DNA of 64,000 nt from a virus: positions 32,001-96,000 of IMG/VR virus record IMGVR_UViG_3300002307_002134. The stretch is one strand, 5' to 3'. Positions 1 to 9,909 of this stretch are shown here, in pieces (positions within the stretch are counted from its first letter, which is position 1; every line of letters starts with the position of its first letter). Position numbers and translations under genes: made by a program. The notes under the pieces are model-generated. The model did no database searches. It was not told where the DNA came from and saw nothing but the letters and a program-made list of their open reading frames with translations.

Positions 1-1466
1 GAGAAAGCGGTTTATTTGATATGATTACAGGTCGTGAGACTGTAAATGCTGAAGTGGCCACCGCTGATAAAACTAAATTTTTCTGGAGAGGTCGTGATGT
101 TGAATTTAATTCATGGCAAATTGCTCACTTCCGTTTATTGGGTGATGACAGACGTTTACCTTATGGTACTTCAGTTTTGGAAAAAATTAGACGTATTTGG
201 AAACAGCTTATTCTTTCTGAAGACTCAATGTTGGTTTATCGTGTAACTCGTGCACCAGAAAGACGTGTATATAAGATTTACGTTGGTAATATTGATGATG
301 GCGATGTGGAAGCATATGTAAACACAATTGCTGATAGATTCAAACGTATGCCTATTATTGACCCACAAACTGGTCAAATGGATTTGCGTTACAATCAATT
401 AAGTAATGACCAAGATTATTTTATACCTGTTCGTACTGAAGATGCTCCTAACCCGATTGATACCCTACCAGGTGCTACAAACCTAGACCAAATTGCCGAC
501 ATTGAATATTTAAGAAGTAATTTATTTACAGCTCTTAGAGTCCCTAAACCATTTTTAGGGTTTGATGAAACTGCTGGTGAAGGTAAAAATCTTGCGTTGC
601 AAGATATTCGTTTTTCTAGAACTATTAATAGAATTCAACAAGCCATATTACAAGAGCTTAACAAAATTGCTATAATACATTTATATTTGTTAGGTTTTGA
701 AGAAGATTTTGATAATTTTACACTTACACTTAACAATCCATCAACTCAAGCTGAAATGCTTAAGATTGAGCACTTGCAAACAAAAGTTACGCTTTATAAA
801 GATGCAGTATCTGATGCTGGTAATGGATTTGGTGCTATGTCAATGACTCGTGGTAAAAGAGATATATTAGGTATGTCTGATGATGAAATAAAACAAGATT
901 TACTTGAGCAACGTATGGAGAAAGCTGCTGCTGCTGAATTGGCAAATTCTGCCAACGTAATCAAACATACAGGTATGTTTGATGTTGTTGATAGAGTTTA
1001 TGGTGATTTCAAATTAGCCCTTAAAGGTGGTGGTGGAGGTGGAACTGAAAGTGAACAAAGTGGTAAAGAAAACAGTGGTGGCGGAGGCGGTGGTCTTGGC
1101 GGAGGCTTTGGAGGCGGTGGAGTTTCTGGCGAAGATTTAGATTTTGGAACTGAAGAAGCTGGAACTGAAGAAGCTGGAACTGAAGAAGCTGGAACTGAAG
1201 AAGTTGGAACAGAACAACCAACAGAAGTAACTGAATCAGTAAAAAAAGTACAAAAGATACTTAAAGAACAAAAAGTTATTTTGGCTAAAAAATTAGATGA
1301 AAGAACCAAAAAGTATCAAGGTAAATTTTTAGATAGACTAATCGAATCAGTTGAAGATACACCAAAACAAAAAGAAGAAAAAGTAAAGATTTATGATAAA
1401 ACCGTCAAAATTAATAAAGAAATTGGTGACATGATTGATGGTATTGATAAAATGTTGGATGAGTAA
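1..1466 (+). CDS. Portal protein (T4 gp20-like), 5'-truncated by the window
   Basis: Frame is open from the window edge. YRVTRAPERRVYKI, DYFIP, IDTLPG and DIRFSRTINRIQ match gp20-family motifs; Gly/Glu-rich tail; upstream of protease, scaffold and MCP. Confidence 0.92.
   Translation, partial: ESGLFDMITGRETVNAEVATADKTKFFWRGRDVEFNSWQIAHFRLLGDDRRLPYGTSVLEKIRRIWKQLILSEDSMLVYRVTRAPERRVYKIYVGNIDDGDVEAYVNTIADRFKRMPIIDPQTGQMDLRYNQLSNDQDYFIPVRTEDAPNPIDTLPGATNLDQIADIEYLRSNLFTALRVPKPFLGFDETAGEGKNLALQDIRFSRTINRIQQAILQELNKIAIIHLYLLGFEEDFDNFTLTLNNPSTQAEMLKIEHLQTKVTLYKDAVSDAGNGFGAMSMTRGKRDILGMSDDEIKQDLLEQRMEKAAAAELANSANVIKHTGMFDVVDRVYGDFKLALKGGGGGGTESEQSGKENSGGGGGGLGGGFGGGGVSGEDLDFGTEEAGTEEAGTEEAGTEEVGTEQPTEVTESVKKVQKILKEQKVILAKKLDERTKKYQGKFLDRLIESVEDTPKQKEEKVKIYDKTVKINKEIGDMIDGIDKMLDE
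1146..1214 (+). repeat. 15-bp tandem repeat GGAACTGAAGAAGCT (GTEEA), ~4.5 copies, in the portal tail
   Basis: Three perfect copies, one variant and a partial copy, read directly. Confidence 0.95.
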
Positions 1467-1512
1467 CCAATTTTTGTCGTAAACAATGATATTTATTAAA
1501 CAAAAAGATTTC

Positions 1513-2304
1513 ATGATAGATTTAACACAAATAACAAAAAATTTCGGACATATCAAGAGTGTTTATAATACTATTTTAGCTGAAAGCGTTATGTCAGATG
1601 ATAAAACAAAAAAAGAGTTATTTAAAAATTACGTTAAATCCATAAAGGAAAACGAAATACTTAAAACCCAATTTTTGGTTTACACCAACATTGAACAAAA
1701 AGTGGAACCAGATGCGTTCAAAGCAACTATGTTTGTAAAGGAAAATATTGATTTGTTTTTGAAGTTCAGTAAAAAAGACATTCAAAAGGCCAACAGCAAA
1801 TTAATTGAAAAAGTTTTATTTGAACAAAACGTAGTAAATGAAAACAAAGAGCTTTATGATAATATTTCAACTCTTATCTTTACAAATAGAACCACAGAAA
1901 CTATTGATACTATTGTAGAGGCTACAAGCAAAATTGTTGACTACATAGTAAATAACAAACCAAAGGTAATATCTGAGGTAATTGAGTTACCTAACAGTAT
2001 GCTGACCAATATGATGGTTGATAAATACAATGAAAAATATGCTTCTTTGGATGAAACAGAAAAGAAAATATTAAAAACATTGATTGGTTCTACTGATGAA
2101 GAAAAAAAAGAAATATATTCTAATACAATCAGAGAATGTGTTAATTTGATTAATAAGAAACTTGATACTAACGATTTAGATGCTAAAGATAAACTTTTAA
2201 GAGTTAAGGATAAGCTCTTAAATGACAGTCAAGAAATTAATGAAGATTTCATAAAAAATATTTCAAAGCTTGTAGAGCTAAGAAGTAATTTAAAAGAAAA
2301 TTAA
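1513..2304 (+). CDS. Hypothetical helical protein in the head module (likely start 1513)
   Basis: An ATATTTAT motif at 1489-1496 lies inside the longer ORF call, favouring the second ATG; contains I/L-x-E motifs. Confidence 0.6.
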   Translation: MIDLTQITKNFGHIKSVYNTILAESVMSDDKTKKELFKNYVKSIKENEILKTQFLVYTNIEQKVEPDAFKATMFVKENIDLFLKFSKKDIQKANSKLIEKVLFEQNVVNENKELYDNISTLIFTNRTTETIDTIVEATSKIVDYIVNNKPKVISEVIELPNSMLTNMMVDKYNEKYASLDETEKKILKTLIGSTDEEKKEIYSNTIRECVNLINKKLDTNDLDAKDKLLRVKDKLLNDSQEINEDFIKNISKLVELRSNLKEN

Positions 2305-2314
2305 AAGTTATAAA

Positions 2315-2545
2315 ATGGCAAACACAGTTATAAGCGAAAATATTTTAAAGTTAAGAGAATTAACTGAAAAAATGAATATAATTTCAAATAAAGATGAATA
2401 TGAAAATGTTTTAAAAAGTATTAGGTCTGTGATTGAAGAAAATGAGCAAGAGATTTCAAATTTAATATCAACACAAAGTAAAATTAAGTGTTACGAAAAA
2501 ATGTGCACAAAACTAAATAAAATTTTAAATAATATTAATTTTTAA
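2315..2545 (+). CDS. Hypothetical protein
   Basis: Tightly packed ORF in the operon. Confidence 0.6.
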   Translation: MANTVISENILKLRELTEKMNIISNKDEYENVLKSIRSVIEENEQEISNLISTQSKIKCYEKMCTKLNKILNNINF

Positions 2546-2547
2546 TT

Positions 2548-2889
2548 ATGTCAGAAGGAAAAGACACTTGGGGTGATTACAGTAAGTTAGTTCTAAAAGA
2601 ATTGGAACGTCTTAATGATAATTATGATAAGATGAGAAGCGATATGGACAGTCGTTTTTCAGAACTTAATCAAAAACTAACTGAATTTAAGAATACTGAG
2701 GGTAAAGTTGAAAATCAAGCCAAGTGGATTGAGAAGGTTAATGACGTATGGTCTCCTTCGCAAATGAAAGAAGCCAAAGACGAAATTTATAAACAAAAGA
2801 ACAGGTGGGCAGCTGCTATTGCTATTGTAACTTTTGTTCAATTAGCGGTAGGTATAGCAATAGCTATTTGGGGCAATTTAAAAAAATAA
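2548..2889 (+). CDS. Coiled-coil protein with C-terminal transmembrane helix (possibly holin/XhlA-like)
   Basis: Hydrophobic WAAAIAIVTFVQLAVGIAIAIW at the C-terminus. Confidence 0.5.
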   Translation: MSEGKDTWGDYSKLVLKELERLNDNYDKMRSDMDSRFSELNQKLTEFKNTEGKVENQAKWIEKVNDVWSPSQMKEAKDEIYKQKNRWAAAIAIVTFVQLAVGIAIAIWGNLKK

Positions 2890-2892
2890 TTA

Positions 2893-2924
2893 CTTGACGG
2901 TATAAATTTTTTTCATTATACTTG
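2893..2924 (+). promoter_or_regulatory. Host-type promoter (CTTG-N20-TATACTTG; also reads as TTGACG-N17-TATACT)
   Basis: Motif and spacing directly upstream of the ATG at 2940. Confidence 0.6.
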
Positions 2925-2939
2925 TAAAAACCAGGTATC

Positions 2940-3383
2940 ATGAAAACAGGAAAAGAAATAAAAACCAATAATTTCAAAGATTATAACATAATCTTTGGTA
3001 GTGTGAATAACAAAAACCCAAAGGCTGTTTATATTAATCTTTCAGCATGGGCAGAACCCAAAAATGAAGTTGAATTAAACTATTCTAGAATTATCAGAAA
3101 TATAAATAAAAAGGTAAAACAAGAACTTTACCTTTTATTTAATAATGATAAAAATTTTCATTTTATAAAAGATAGAACAATTGTAGATTTTGATATAAAG
3201 CAGTCTGGCATTAAATACGGTAAACGTAGTTTTATGAATTGTGAAATTACATTATTTTCCAAAATTGAAATACCTGTTAATTCGGAGCATATGAAAGAAG
3301 TGCTAACAAATATATCAAATCAATTAATTAAAAAAATTTTTGAAAACAACGATTCTTTTATTTTTAATAAGAAAAAGAAATAA
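2940..3383 (+). CDS. Hypothetical protein
   Basis: 147-aa ORF with its own promoter and terminator. Confidence 0.7.
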   Translation: MKTGKEIKTNNFKDYNIIFGSVNNKNPKAVYINLSAWAEPKNEVELNYSRIIRNINKKVKQELYLLFNNDKNFHFIKDRTIVDFDIKQSGIKYGKRSFMNCEITLFSKIEIPVNSEHMKEVLTNISNQLIKKIFENNDSFIFNKKKK

Positions 3384-3387
3384 AACT

Positions 3388-3418
3388 AAAGCCTCACTGT
3401 TCTAGTGGGGCTTTTTTT
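3388..3418 (+). terminator. Rho-independent terminator
   Basis: GCCTCACT/AGTGGGGC stem followed by T7. Confidence 0.8.
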
Positions 3419-3457
3419 ATTTATATCACATATTTATATCTATAAGCTAAAAAAATT

Positions 3458-4180
3458 ATGGATATAAATTACGATAAAATTAAAACGCTTAGACGTGGAG
3501 AAACTGGGTTTGGTTATTTAATTGAAAACGATGCTGGCTATATAAGCCCAGATGAACCAAGGAACCAACCATTTATAAGCGAAATAAAGAAACTAGAAAC
3601 TGGTAAGTTGGTAATTTCTGAACCACTTGTAGTTTATGTTATTCTTCAAAAATACGGTATCTTAAATCGTAATGGACGTGTATATCCAGAATCCATACTT
3701 AAAAAACAAAACGAATTATATCAAAAAACAATCAGAGAACGTAGTGCTGTTGGTGAATTAGACCATCCAGAATCTAGCGTTATTTCTGGTGATAGAATAT
3801 CTCATAATATTATTGAAACATGGTGGGAAGGTCATACTCTTATGGGTAAGATGGAAATTATTATGACACCAGGTTTTATAAACTATGGTATTGTTTCAAC
3901 CAAGGGTGATTTAGTAGCAAATTTATTAAGGAATAGAATAAGAATAGGTGTTTCTTCTAGAGGGGTTGGTTCTTTAAAAGATGGAAAAAACGGTGAACAA
4001 ATAGTACAAGATGATTTTGAAATAATTTGTTGGGATGTAGTTACGGCACCATCTACACCAGACGCTTGGATATTTAATAATATCGAGCAAGCTAAACCTT
4101 ATGTTGAGGGTGTTGAAATTAAAAAAACTATTATTAAAGAGAATTTAAACGAAAAACTTGATAAATTTTTAGCTGAATAA
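3458..4180 (+). CDS. Prohead core protease (T4 gp21-like)
   Basis: NRNGRVYP, GELDHP, IGVSSRGVGS and WDVVTAPS motifs. Confidence 0.93.
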   Translation: MDINYDKIKTLRRGETGFGYLIENDAGYISPDEPRNQPFISEIKKLETGKLVISEPLVVYVILQKYGILNRNGRVYPESILKKQNELYQKTIRERSAVGELDHPESSVISGDRISHNIIETWWEGHTLMGKMEIIMTPGFINYGIVSTKGDLVANLLRNRIRIGVSSRGVGSLKDGKNGEQIVQDDFEIICWDVVTAPSTPDAWIFNNIEQAKPYVEGVEIKKTIIKENLNEKLDKFLAE

Positions 4181-4297
4181 AATAAATGTATAATTTTTTT
4201 TAGCTGTATTTGTCTTTTCGTTAAAATACACATATTTATTATCAAATAAGATGAATAATTTTTTTATTTATCTAATATTTAAAATAAAAAAACTAAA

Positions 4298-5518
4298 ATG
4301 GCAGACAAAAAATCAATACTTGAAGAAGCTCTTTTGGATATCAAAAATATTCAAAGTGCTCTTAACGCCAACACTAAAGAAATACTTCGTAGCGTAGCTA
4401 GAGAAGAAATTGATGGTGTCGTAAAAGAATCTCTAACTAAAGAGGTTTATGAAGAAGAAGAAGTTGATTCTGTAAATGAAGAATCTCACGAAGAACATGA
4501 GAAATCTGAAACTCCAGCGGAGGAAAAGAAAGAACATGGTAAAGGTGGTTCGGAAAAGAAAGAAAAAGTAGAAAAAATGACTGAAAACATGGAAGAAGAA
4601 GGCATGGAAGAAGAAGGTATGACTTATGAAGGCATGGAAGAAGAAGGCATGGAAGAATTAGACATGACTTCTGCATCAGATGATGATGTTATCGCGATTT
4701 ACAAGAAATTAAGTGGTGATGATGAAATAGAAATTGTAGGTGATGAAATTCACTTCAATGTTTCTGAACCAGGCGAATACGTTATTAAAACTTCTGACCT
4801 TGAAGGTAACCTTGAAGGTGATGAAGAAGGTGACGTAGATTACGAAATCGAAATGGATGATGAAGAAGGTGACGAGCCAACTGATTTGGAACCAGTAGAT
4901 GACGAAGAAGAAGAAGAAGAAGAAGAAGAAGAAGAAGAAGAAGAAGAAGAAGGAGTTGAAGAACCAATTGAAGAAAAAATTAGCATTGGTACTGGTATGA
5001 GCGTGGGAACACATCGTGGCCAAGGACCAAAATCAATTGGTGCCCCAGAAAATCCTAAATCTGAAGCTATTACTGAATCTGCTAAGAAACTTGTTTCTGA
5101 AACAACAAAAAAATATAATCTTTTATTGACTGAAACTAGCAAATTAAAAGCTGAAAACTTAGAGTTCAGAAAAGCTTTGAAAGAGTTTAGAAATAAGTTG
5201 GTAGAGACTGTAGTGTTCAATAGCAATCTTACTTATGTAACTAAATTGTTTACTGAACACGCAACTACTAAAGGTGAAAAACAAAATATCATCAAAAGAT
5301 TTGATGAAGAAGTTACAAACCTTAAGGAGTCTAAAAAATTGTACAAAACTATTGTTAACGAATTGGAATCTAGAAAACCAATTGCTGAATCAGTAGGGAA
5401 CAAAATAATTAAAGAAGCTACTACCAGTTCTTCAAAACAATTAAATGAAAGCACTGCGTATGTAGACCCTTCAACTAAGAGAATCTTAGATTTGATTAAC
5501 AGAGTTGAAAAAAAATAA
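4298..5518 (+). CDS. Prohead scaffold/core protein (gp22-like position)
   Basis: Very acidic, coiled-coil C-terminus, many I/L/V-x-E sites, located between protease and MCP. Confidence 0.75.
   Translation: MADKKSILEEALLDIKNIQSALNANTKEILRSVAREEIDGVVKESLTKEVYEEEEVDSVNEESHEEHEKSETPAEEKKEHGKGGSEKKEKVEKMTENMEEEGMEEEGMTYEGMEEEGMEELDMTSASDDDVIAIYKKLSGDDEIEIVGDEIHFNVSEPGEYVIKTSDLEGNLEGDEEGDVDYEIEMDDEEGDEPTDLEPVDDEEEEEEEEEEEEEEEEGVEEPIEEKISIGTGMSVGTHRGQGPKSIGAPENPKSEAITESAKKLVSETTKKYNLLLTETSKLKAENLEFRKALKEFRNKLVETVVFNSNLTYVTKLFTEHATTKGEKQNIIKRFDEEVTNLKESKKLYKTIVNELESRKPIAESVGNKIIKEATTSSSKQLNESTAYVDPSTKRILDLINRVEKK
4904..4951 (+). repeat. (GAA)16 microsatellite encoding poly-Glu
   Basis: Perfect trinucleotide run. 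Confidence 0.95.
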
Positions 5519-5551
5519 AATAATAACAAAAAAACAAAAACAAATAAAACT

Positions 5552-7441
5552 ATGTCACATTTATTAACATCTGGACAAGTGGGTAATATCGGATTGAACC
5601 ACATGAAGGCTATCCGTAAAGAAACCCAAGCAAAATGGAATAGCTTAGGCTTCCTTGATGGTCTTGAAGGCCACGTAAGAGAAAACGTTGCTCAATTGTA
5701 TGAGAACCAAGCTTCTTCATTACTTACTGAGTCTACAAATGCAACATCATCTGGTTCTTTTGAAACAGTTGTATTCCCAATTGTAAGACGTGTATTCTCT
5801 AAATTATTAGCTAACGATGTTGTGTCTGTACAAGCTATGACCATGCCAATCGGTAAATTGTTCTACTTTGTACCACAAACTTCTAGCCGTATTGACGGTA
5901 ATGGTGTTGCTGGTAATGACTATGCTAACGAAAATTACAATAGCACAAATAGTCCATATTCAGCTCACACAGGTCTTAACGGTGAACACAATGGTAAACC
6001 TAGTGCTGTTGCATTGCCAGTTGCTGTAAGTGGTGTTAATGGCACTATTCTTACTCAATTTTCGGCTAAAAACTTGTACGATATATTCTACAATGATGGT
6101 TTATTTGATAACTCAAAAGGTACTCTTACAATTGTAGGTATGACAGGTTCTTCTAACTACCTTGGTTATACATTTAACGGTAGTGGTACATTAACACAAG
6201 GTGCTGCTGGTGATACTGTTCCTACAGCTACTGATGGCAGTGTAAGAGGTGTTATTATCGGTGTAACTGGATTTAGAGGTGGTGCTGGTTCTAGCGGACG
6301 TGAAGTATTAACTGGTCCAGACGGTAACAACATGGATACTGAATCATTCTTGGCTTCATTACACGTTGTAAACGGTGCTAGTGCAATCCTTGATAGTGAT
6401 GGTAATACTATTATCGCTGCTAACAAAGAAATTCCTTTCCGTATCGTAACTCAACAATATGGTAAAGGTATCGTTCAAAACTCAACCAACAACTTGGTTA
6501 CTGATAAAGGTCTTATGTTTATTGAGCTTGACCTTCGTCACCCAGTTGGTACTTCTAATGGTACTGCTGTAGTTGGTACATCAACTTATGATGGTTATGT
6601 AGGTGCTGCATCTACAGGTTCAACTGGTTATTTCAGTGGTTACACTGGCTTAACAATTGCTTGGGCTGAATACTCTTCATTGGAACTTGAAACTGAATTG
6701 GGTGAAGTATCTTTCAACCTTGCTGAAGTTGTAGTTTCTGTAGAAGAAAGAAAATTACGTGCAACATGGTCACCAGAATTGGCTCAAGACGTTAGTGCAT
6801 TCCACAACATTGATGCTGAAGCTGAATTGACAGCTATGTTGTCAGAACAAGTTGCTGCGGAAATTGACCGTGAAATCCTTAGAGATTTGCGTAAAGCTGC
6901 TGCATGGCAATTACGTTGGGACTACAACGGTTGGAGAAAAGCTTCTTCTGCTGCTAGCCCATACACTCAAAAAGACTGGAACCAAACTCTTATCACTAGA
7001 GTTAACCAATTGAATGCTCAAATCCACAAATCAACTCTTCGTGGTGGTGCTAACTTCATCGTGGTTTCTTCTGAAATCAGTGCAATCTTCGATGATTTGG
7101 AATATTTCCACGTATCAGATGCTAACCCAGAGCAAGACCAATACAACATGGGTATTGAAAGAATCGGTACATTAAGCGGTAGATATCAAGTATATCGTGA
7201 CCCTTATGCTCCAGCTTACTCAGTAATCGTTGGTCACAAAGGTAAATCATTATTGGATACAGGTTACATTTACGCACCATACGTGCCATTGCAATTGACT
7301 CCAACAATGTACAATCCTTTCAACTTTGCTCCAGTTAAAGGTATCATGACTCGTTACGCTAAGAAGCTCGTAAATAATAGGTTCTATGGACATGTTAGAG
7401 TAGATGGTGTGCCAACGTTCAACGTAGCAGAATTGAGATAA
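5552..7441 (+). CDS. Major capsid protein (T4 gp23-like) with a large central insertion
   Basis: VSVQAM, RKLRATWSPELAQD, DAEAEL, EIDREI, YAPYVPL and GIMTRY motifs. Confidence 0.96.
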   Translation: MSHLLTSGQVGNIGLNHMKAIRKETQAKWNSLGFLDGLEGHVRENVAQLYENQASSLLTESTNATSSGSFETVVFPIVRRVFSKLLANDVVSVQAMTMPIGKLFYFVPQTSSRIDGNGVAGNDYANENYNSTNSPYSAHTGLNGEHNGKPSAVALPVAVSGVNGTILTQFSAKNLYDIFYNDGLFDNSKGTLTIVGMTGSSNYLGYTFNGSGTLTQGAAGDTVPTATDGSVRGVIIGVTGFRGGAGSSGREVLTGPDGNNMDTESFLASLHVVNGASAILDSDGNTIIAANKEIPFRIVTQQYGKGIVQNSTNNLVTDKGLMFIELDLRHPVGTSNGTAVVGTSTYDGYVGAASTGSTGYFSGYTGLTIAWAEYSSLELETELGEVSFNLAEVVVSVEERKLRATWSPELAQDVSAFHNIDAEAELTAMLSEQVAAEIDREILRDLRKAAAWQLRWDYNGWRKASSAASPYTQKDWNQTLITRVNQLNAQIHKSTLRGGANFIVVSSEISAIFDDLEYFHVSDANPEQDQYNMGIERIGTLSGRYQVYRDPYAPAYSVIVGHKGKSLLDTGYIYAPYVPLQLTPTMYNPFNFAPVKGIMTRYAKKLVNNRFYGHVRVDGVPTFNVAELR

Positions 7442-7462
7442 TCTAATTAACTCTATAAACTT

Positions 7463-7494
7463 AAAAAGGCTAGAATTTATTCTAGCCTTTTTTT
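7463..7494 (+). terminator. Rho-independent terminator after MCP
   Basis: GGCTAGAAT/ATTCTAGCC stem followed by a T run. Confidence 0.85.
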
Positions 7495-7516
7495 GTTTTA
7501 TGCGTATATTATAACC

Positions 7517-8494
7517 ATGAATATTTTAGTAACAGGTGGTCTTGGTTATATTGGTAGCCATACCGTAGTAAAACTTATTGAAGAGGGTCATAATCCGATT
7601 ATTGTTGACAACCTATCAAACTCATCAATTGATGTTCTTGATAAGATTAAAACCCTAACAGGTAAAGAAGTGGTTTATCATTTTATTGATTTGAGCGTTT
7701 TTTCTATTGAAGACGTTCTTGCTGATATTGACTGTATTATACACTTTGCAGCATATAAATCAGTTTCTGAATCAGTAAAAGAACCAATAAAGTATTTTGA
7801 TAACAACATCACTAGTACGATTAAACTTTTACAAGCTGCACAGAATATGGGTATTAAGAAATTTATTTTTTCATCATCATGTACTGTATATGGTGAACCA
7901 GATATTTATCCAGTAAATGAAAACACACCAATAAAACCAGCTAAAAGCCCATATGGGCTCACAAAACAGATTTGTGAAGAAATACTACAAGAAGTAAGTA
8001 AAACTGGTTTAAATGTAGTTATATTGCGTTATTTTAATCCTATTGGAGCTCATCCATCTGGAATTATATTTGAAAAACCCAATGGAGTTCCAGAAAATCT
8101 TATGCCGTATATTACAGGAGTTATAGAAGGTAAATACCCTAACTTAAAAGTTTTTGGGAATGATTACAACACTCATGATGGCACTGCAATTAGAGATTAT
8201 ATTGATGTAAATGATTTGGCAGACGCACATGTGAAGGCAATAAAAGTAACTGAAAAAGAAACATATTCAGTTATCAATATAGGTTCTGGAAATGGTTATA
8301 GTGTTATGGACGTGTTGGAAGCTTTTAAAAGAAATGGTTTTGAGATTCCATATGAAATTTGTCCACGTAGAGATGGAGATATTGAAAAAATATTTTCTGA
8401 TAATTCAAAAGCAAAATCTATTATGAATTGGGAACCCAAAAAAACAATTGATGATAGTGTAAAATATATTATAAAAACGTTACATCAATCTTGA
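7517..8494 (+). CDS. galE: UDP-glucose 4-epimerase
   Basis: GGLGYIGSH, HFAAYKSVSES, SSSCTVYG, YGLTK, LRYFNPIGAH and RDYIDV motifs; ATG at 7517 preferred over the upstream TTG. Confidence 0.92.
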   Translation: MNILVTGGLGYIGSHTVVKLIEEGHNPIIVDNLSNSSIDVLDKIKTLTGKEVVYHFIDLSVFSIEDVLADIDCIIHFAAYKSVSESVKEPIKYFDNNITSTIKLLQAAQNMGIKKFIFSSSCTVYGEPDIYPVNENTPIKPAKSPYGLTKQICEEILQEVSKTGLNVVILRYFNPIGAHPSGIIFEKPNGVPENLMPYITGVIEGKYPNLKVFGNDYNTHDGTAIRDYIDVNDLADAHVKAIKVTEKETYSVINIGSGNGYSVMDVLEAFKRNGFEIPYEICPRRDGDIEKIFSDNSKAKSIMNWEPKKTIDDSVKYIIKTLHQS

Positions 8495-8772
8495 TAGTTC
8501 ATCAAAACCACTAAAGGGCTTTATTGTATGTAGACCAACAAACGCTGTTTTGGTTCCTCTGGCTCTAAGTGCTGGGGATAGTATTTCATCATCATTCTGG
8601 TGCTTATTTAAGTCTTCTGGGGTTACTATACCTAAGATACCAAAAGTATCGTCAGATAGCCTTAAAATGATTATTTCTGGCCTTTCTGAACGTTTAAATA
8701 TTACAGGGTATTATGTCCGTTTAAACGGCTATTAACCAAATAGTTATAGATAATTTTATCTATTTGTTTCAT
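8480..8772 (-). pseudogene. Broken gene: 23-aa N-terminal fragment (8701-8772) and a start-less 76-aa fragment (8480-8710) in another frame
   Basis: MKQIDKII...HNTL* followed, out of frame, by protein-like YPVIFKRSERPEIII...LRARGTKTAFVG...LM*. Confidence 0.55.
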
Positions 8773-8920
8773 CTTCTTTTTTTAGTTTTTCAAGCTTTTC
8801 TTTGGTATCGTTTATCAGTCTTCTAGCGTGATTGCCAAACTCTGCATCATTAGGATAATTTTTAGCTAAGTTTTTTAGTTCTTTTGCCAAACCCAAGTTA
8901 AGTATTGTTTCTCTTGTCAT
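8756..8920 (-). CDS. Small hypothetical protein (54 aa, MTRETILNLG...), below the ORF-track cutoff
   Basis: Manual translation; directly downstream of a host-type promoter. Confidence 0.6.
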   Translation of the reverse strand: MTRETILNLGLAKELKNLAKNYPNDAEFGNHARRLINDTKEKLEKLKKEDETNR

Positions 8921-8935
8921 AAAAAAATTTTTTTA

Positions 8936-8967
8936 CAAATATACATAAAAAAAACCGAAGATGCAAG
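8936..8967 (-). promoter_or_regulatory. Bacteroidota-type promoter CTTG-N20-TATATTTG
   Basis: Matches the -33/-7 consensus. Confidence 0.7.
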
Positions 8968-8980
8968 TCCTCGGTTCTTT
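8947..8980 (-). terminator. Terminator of the 9009-9881 gene, overlapping the next promoter
   Basis: AACCGAGGA/TCTTCGGTT stem plus T run on the minus strand. Confidence 0.65.
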
Positions 8981-9008
8981 TTATTTTTGCGTTAACTATT
9001 ATTTTTGA

Positions 9009-9881
9009 TTAGGCTTTTTTACCACAGTTGGCACAGAACTTATTAGTCTTGCCCAATTTTGAACCACAGTCGGTACAATATTTTTTTACATTAATATCAG
9101 CCACTGTGTTTATTTTTTGTGATACTGGAAGAAGTTTGTATTCTACTGTATGGAATGCGTAGTATTCAAAAGATTTGTTCACATAATCGAACTCTTGTTC
9201 TGAATGAGAACCTTTTTCAACTCTACCAGTTTCTATGCATTTTTTGAGTCTAAAGTTATTTTTTTTAATATCTTCAAATGATTTTGTATTATCTAAAGTA
9301 TTAATATCAAATAAATCATTAGTAGTAGTAATAGTAGTAGTAGTTACTGAGTTATTAATTAATGAATTCATGGATAATGTTCCGTTATGACCATTACTTA
9401 AATATTTAGGGTCAGTACCTGTAGTGTATGGACCACGAATATTTGTATTGCTAAAATATATAGCAGGTCTATAAGTCCAATCTGGTCTTATGGTAATTGG
9501 GGTGTAGTATTGTTGACGTTCTTTATAAAATTCAACTTTGATGTCACCATTGTTTTCAATGGCTTTTTTAACCTCAGCGGTTTTGGCCACTTCATAGGTA
9601 TCAAATAAGAATTTTTTAGCAACGTCCAAGTGGCGGTCAAGGAATACACGTTGGCCTGGGTTTAACACCAAACCACCTTGGGAAATAACTTTTCCATTCA
9701 AGTGAATTTTTGCTAGTACTACTTCTGATGTTGGGTTGAATAGTTCAATTGAAAATTCCTGTCCCTTTTGAAGGTAATAGGTTGGCATATCGCCAGCCTT
9801 GGTGTAGAGCTTAATACGGCTCTTGTTTACAGCAATGTGAGCTGTAGGCACCGTGTTCGGTGCGTAGATTGTTTGTTTCAT
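9009..9881 (-). CDS. Hypothetical protein with C-terminal double zinc ribbon
   Basis: CTDCG...CANCG at the C-terminus. Confidence 0.75.
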   Translation of the reverse strand: MKQTIYAPNTVPTAHIAVNKSRIKLYTKAGDMPTYYLQKGQEFSIELFNPTSEVVLAKIHLNGKVISQGGLVLNPGQRVFLDRHLDVAKKFLFDTYEVAKTAEVKKAIENNGDIKVEFYKERQQYYTPITIRPDWTYRPAIYFSNTNIRGPYTTGTDPKYLSNGHNGTLSMNSLINNSVTTTTITTTNDLFDINTLDNTKSFEDIKKNNFRLKKCIETGRVEKGSHSEQEFDYVNKSFEYYAFHTVEYKLLPVSQKINTVADINVKKYCTDCGSKLGKTNKFCANCGKKA

Positions 9882-9909
9882 TGTTTAACTTTTTACACTT
9901 ATGTTATTT

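Noticed and set aside
1146-1214. CRISPR-like array
   Set aside because: Direct tandem coding repeat with no spacers.
4437-5604. Minus-strand poly-Leu/Phe/Ser ORFs
   Set aside because: Antisense shadows of Glu-rich codons in the scaffold; the same applies to most short overlapping ORFs in the track.
8550-8735. 61-aa plus-strand ORF
   Set aside because: Antisense to a more protein-like minus-strand fragment.
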